This document shows, piece after piece, positions 63,905 to 64,000 of a stretch of DNA of 64,000 nt. Numbering within the stretch: the first letter of the stretch is position 1; each line of letters begins with the position of its first letter. Origin of the DNA: a virus (taxonomy: Duplodnaviria; Caudoviricetes); IMG/VR virus record IMGVR_UViG_2754412371_000001, positions 29,313-93,312 of that record; one strand, written 5' to 3'. The position numbers and the translations under genes were made by a program. The notes under the pieces are model-generated. The model saw only the letters and a list, made by a program, of their open reading frames with translations, ran no database searches and was not told where the DNA came from.

Positions 63905-64000
63905 ATGGTGGAAGGTAAGATTGTTCAGTGCATCGGCGCCGTTATCGACGTGGAATTCCCGCGCGACAGCATGCCGAAGATCTACGACGCGCTCATTCTC
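63905..64000 (+). CDS. atpD: F1Fo ATP synthase beta subunit, 5' end (truncated by the window)
   Basis: Not in the ORF track: [32 protein letters not shown]; GGAGA RBS at ~63892. Confidence 0.92.
   Translation, partial: MVEGKIVQCIGAVIDVEFPRDSMPKIYDALIL

Noticed and set aside
63905-64000. atpD as the first gene of an N-ATPase operon, which natively starts with atpD
   Set aside because: The peptide matches the housekeeping betaproteobacterial AtpD pattern ([16 protein letters not shown]); cannot be fully excluded without downstream sequence

Overview
Almost the whole window (1 to ~63880) is a large GC-rich temperate siphophage. Its gene content resembles SSU5/pHCM2-type phage-plasmids, and the host looks like Burkholderiaceae. 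From left to right, mostly on the minus strand: replication/recombination genes (gp32-like SSB, UvsY-like protein, DnaE fused to a degenerate UDG domain, sigma-like factor, CobS/CobT-like AAA+/vWA pair), a divergent XRE repressor, ATP-dependent ligase, primase, DnaB helicase and an Hfq-like protein. These are followed by a lysis cassette, a full tail and head module and terminase. Next comes a translationally coupled ParB-DUF2829/Tad2-ParB-ABC ATPase-thioredoxin-GNAT cassette, then an SF2 helicase and small accessory genes. The window ends in the first 32 codons of a housekeeping-type atpD that has no atpG upstream and an apparently shortened, recoded start, suggesting the element integrated into the 5' end of atpD and supplies a replacement start. 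An 18-bp imperfect palindrome (TAAGTCA-N4-TGACTTA) recurs about 19 times at gene boundaries across the element. All calls come from motif recognition by eye; no database searches were run.
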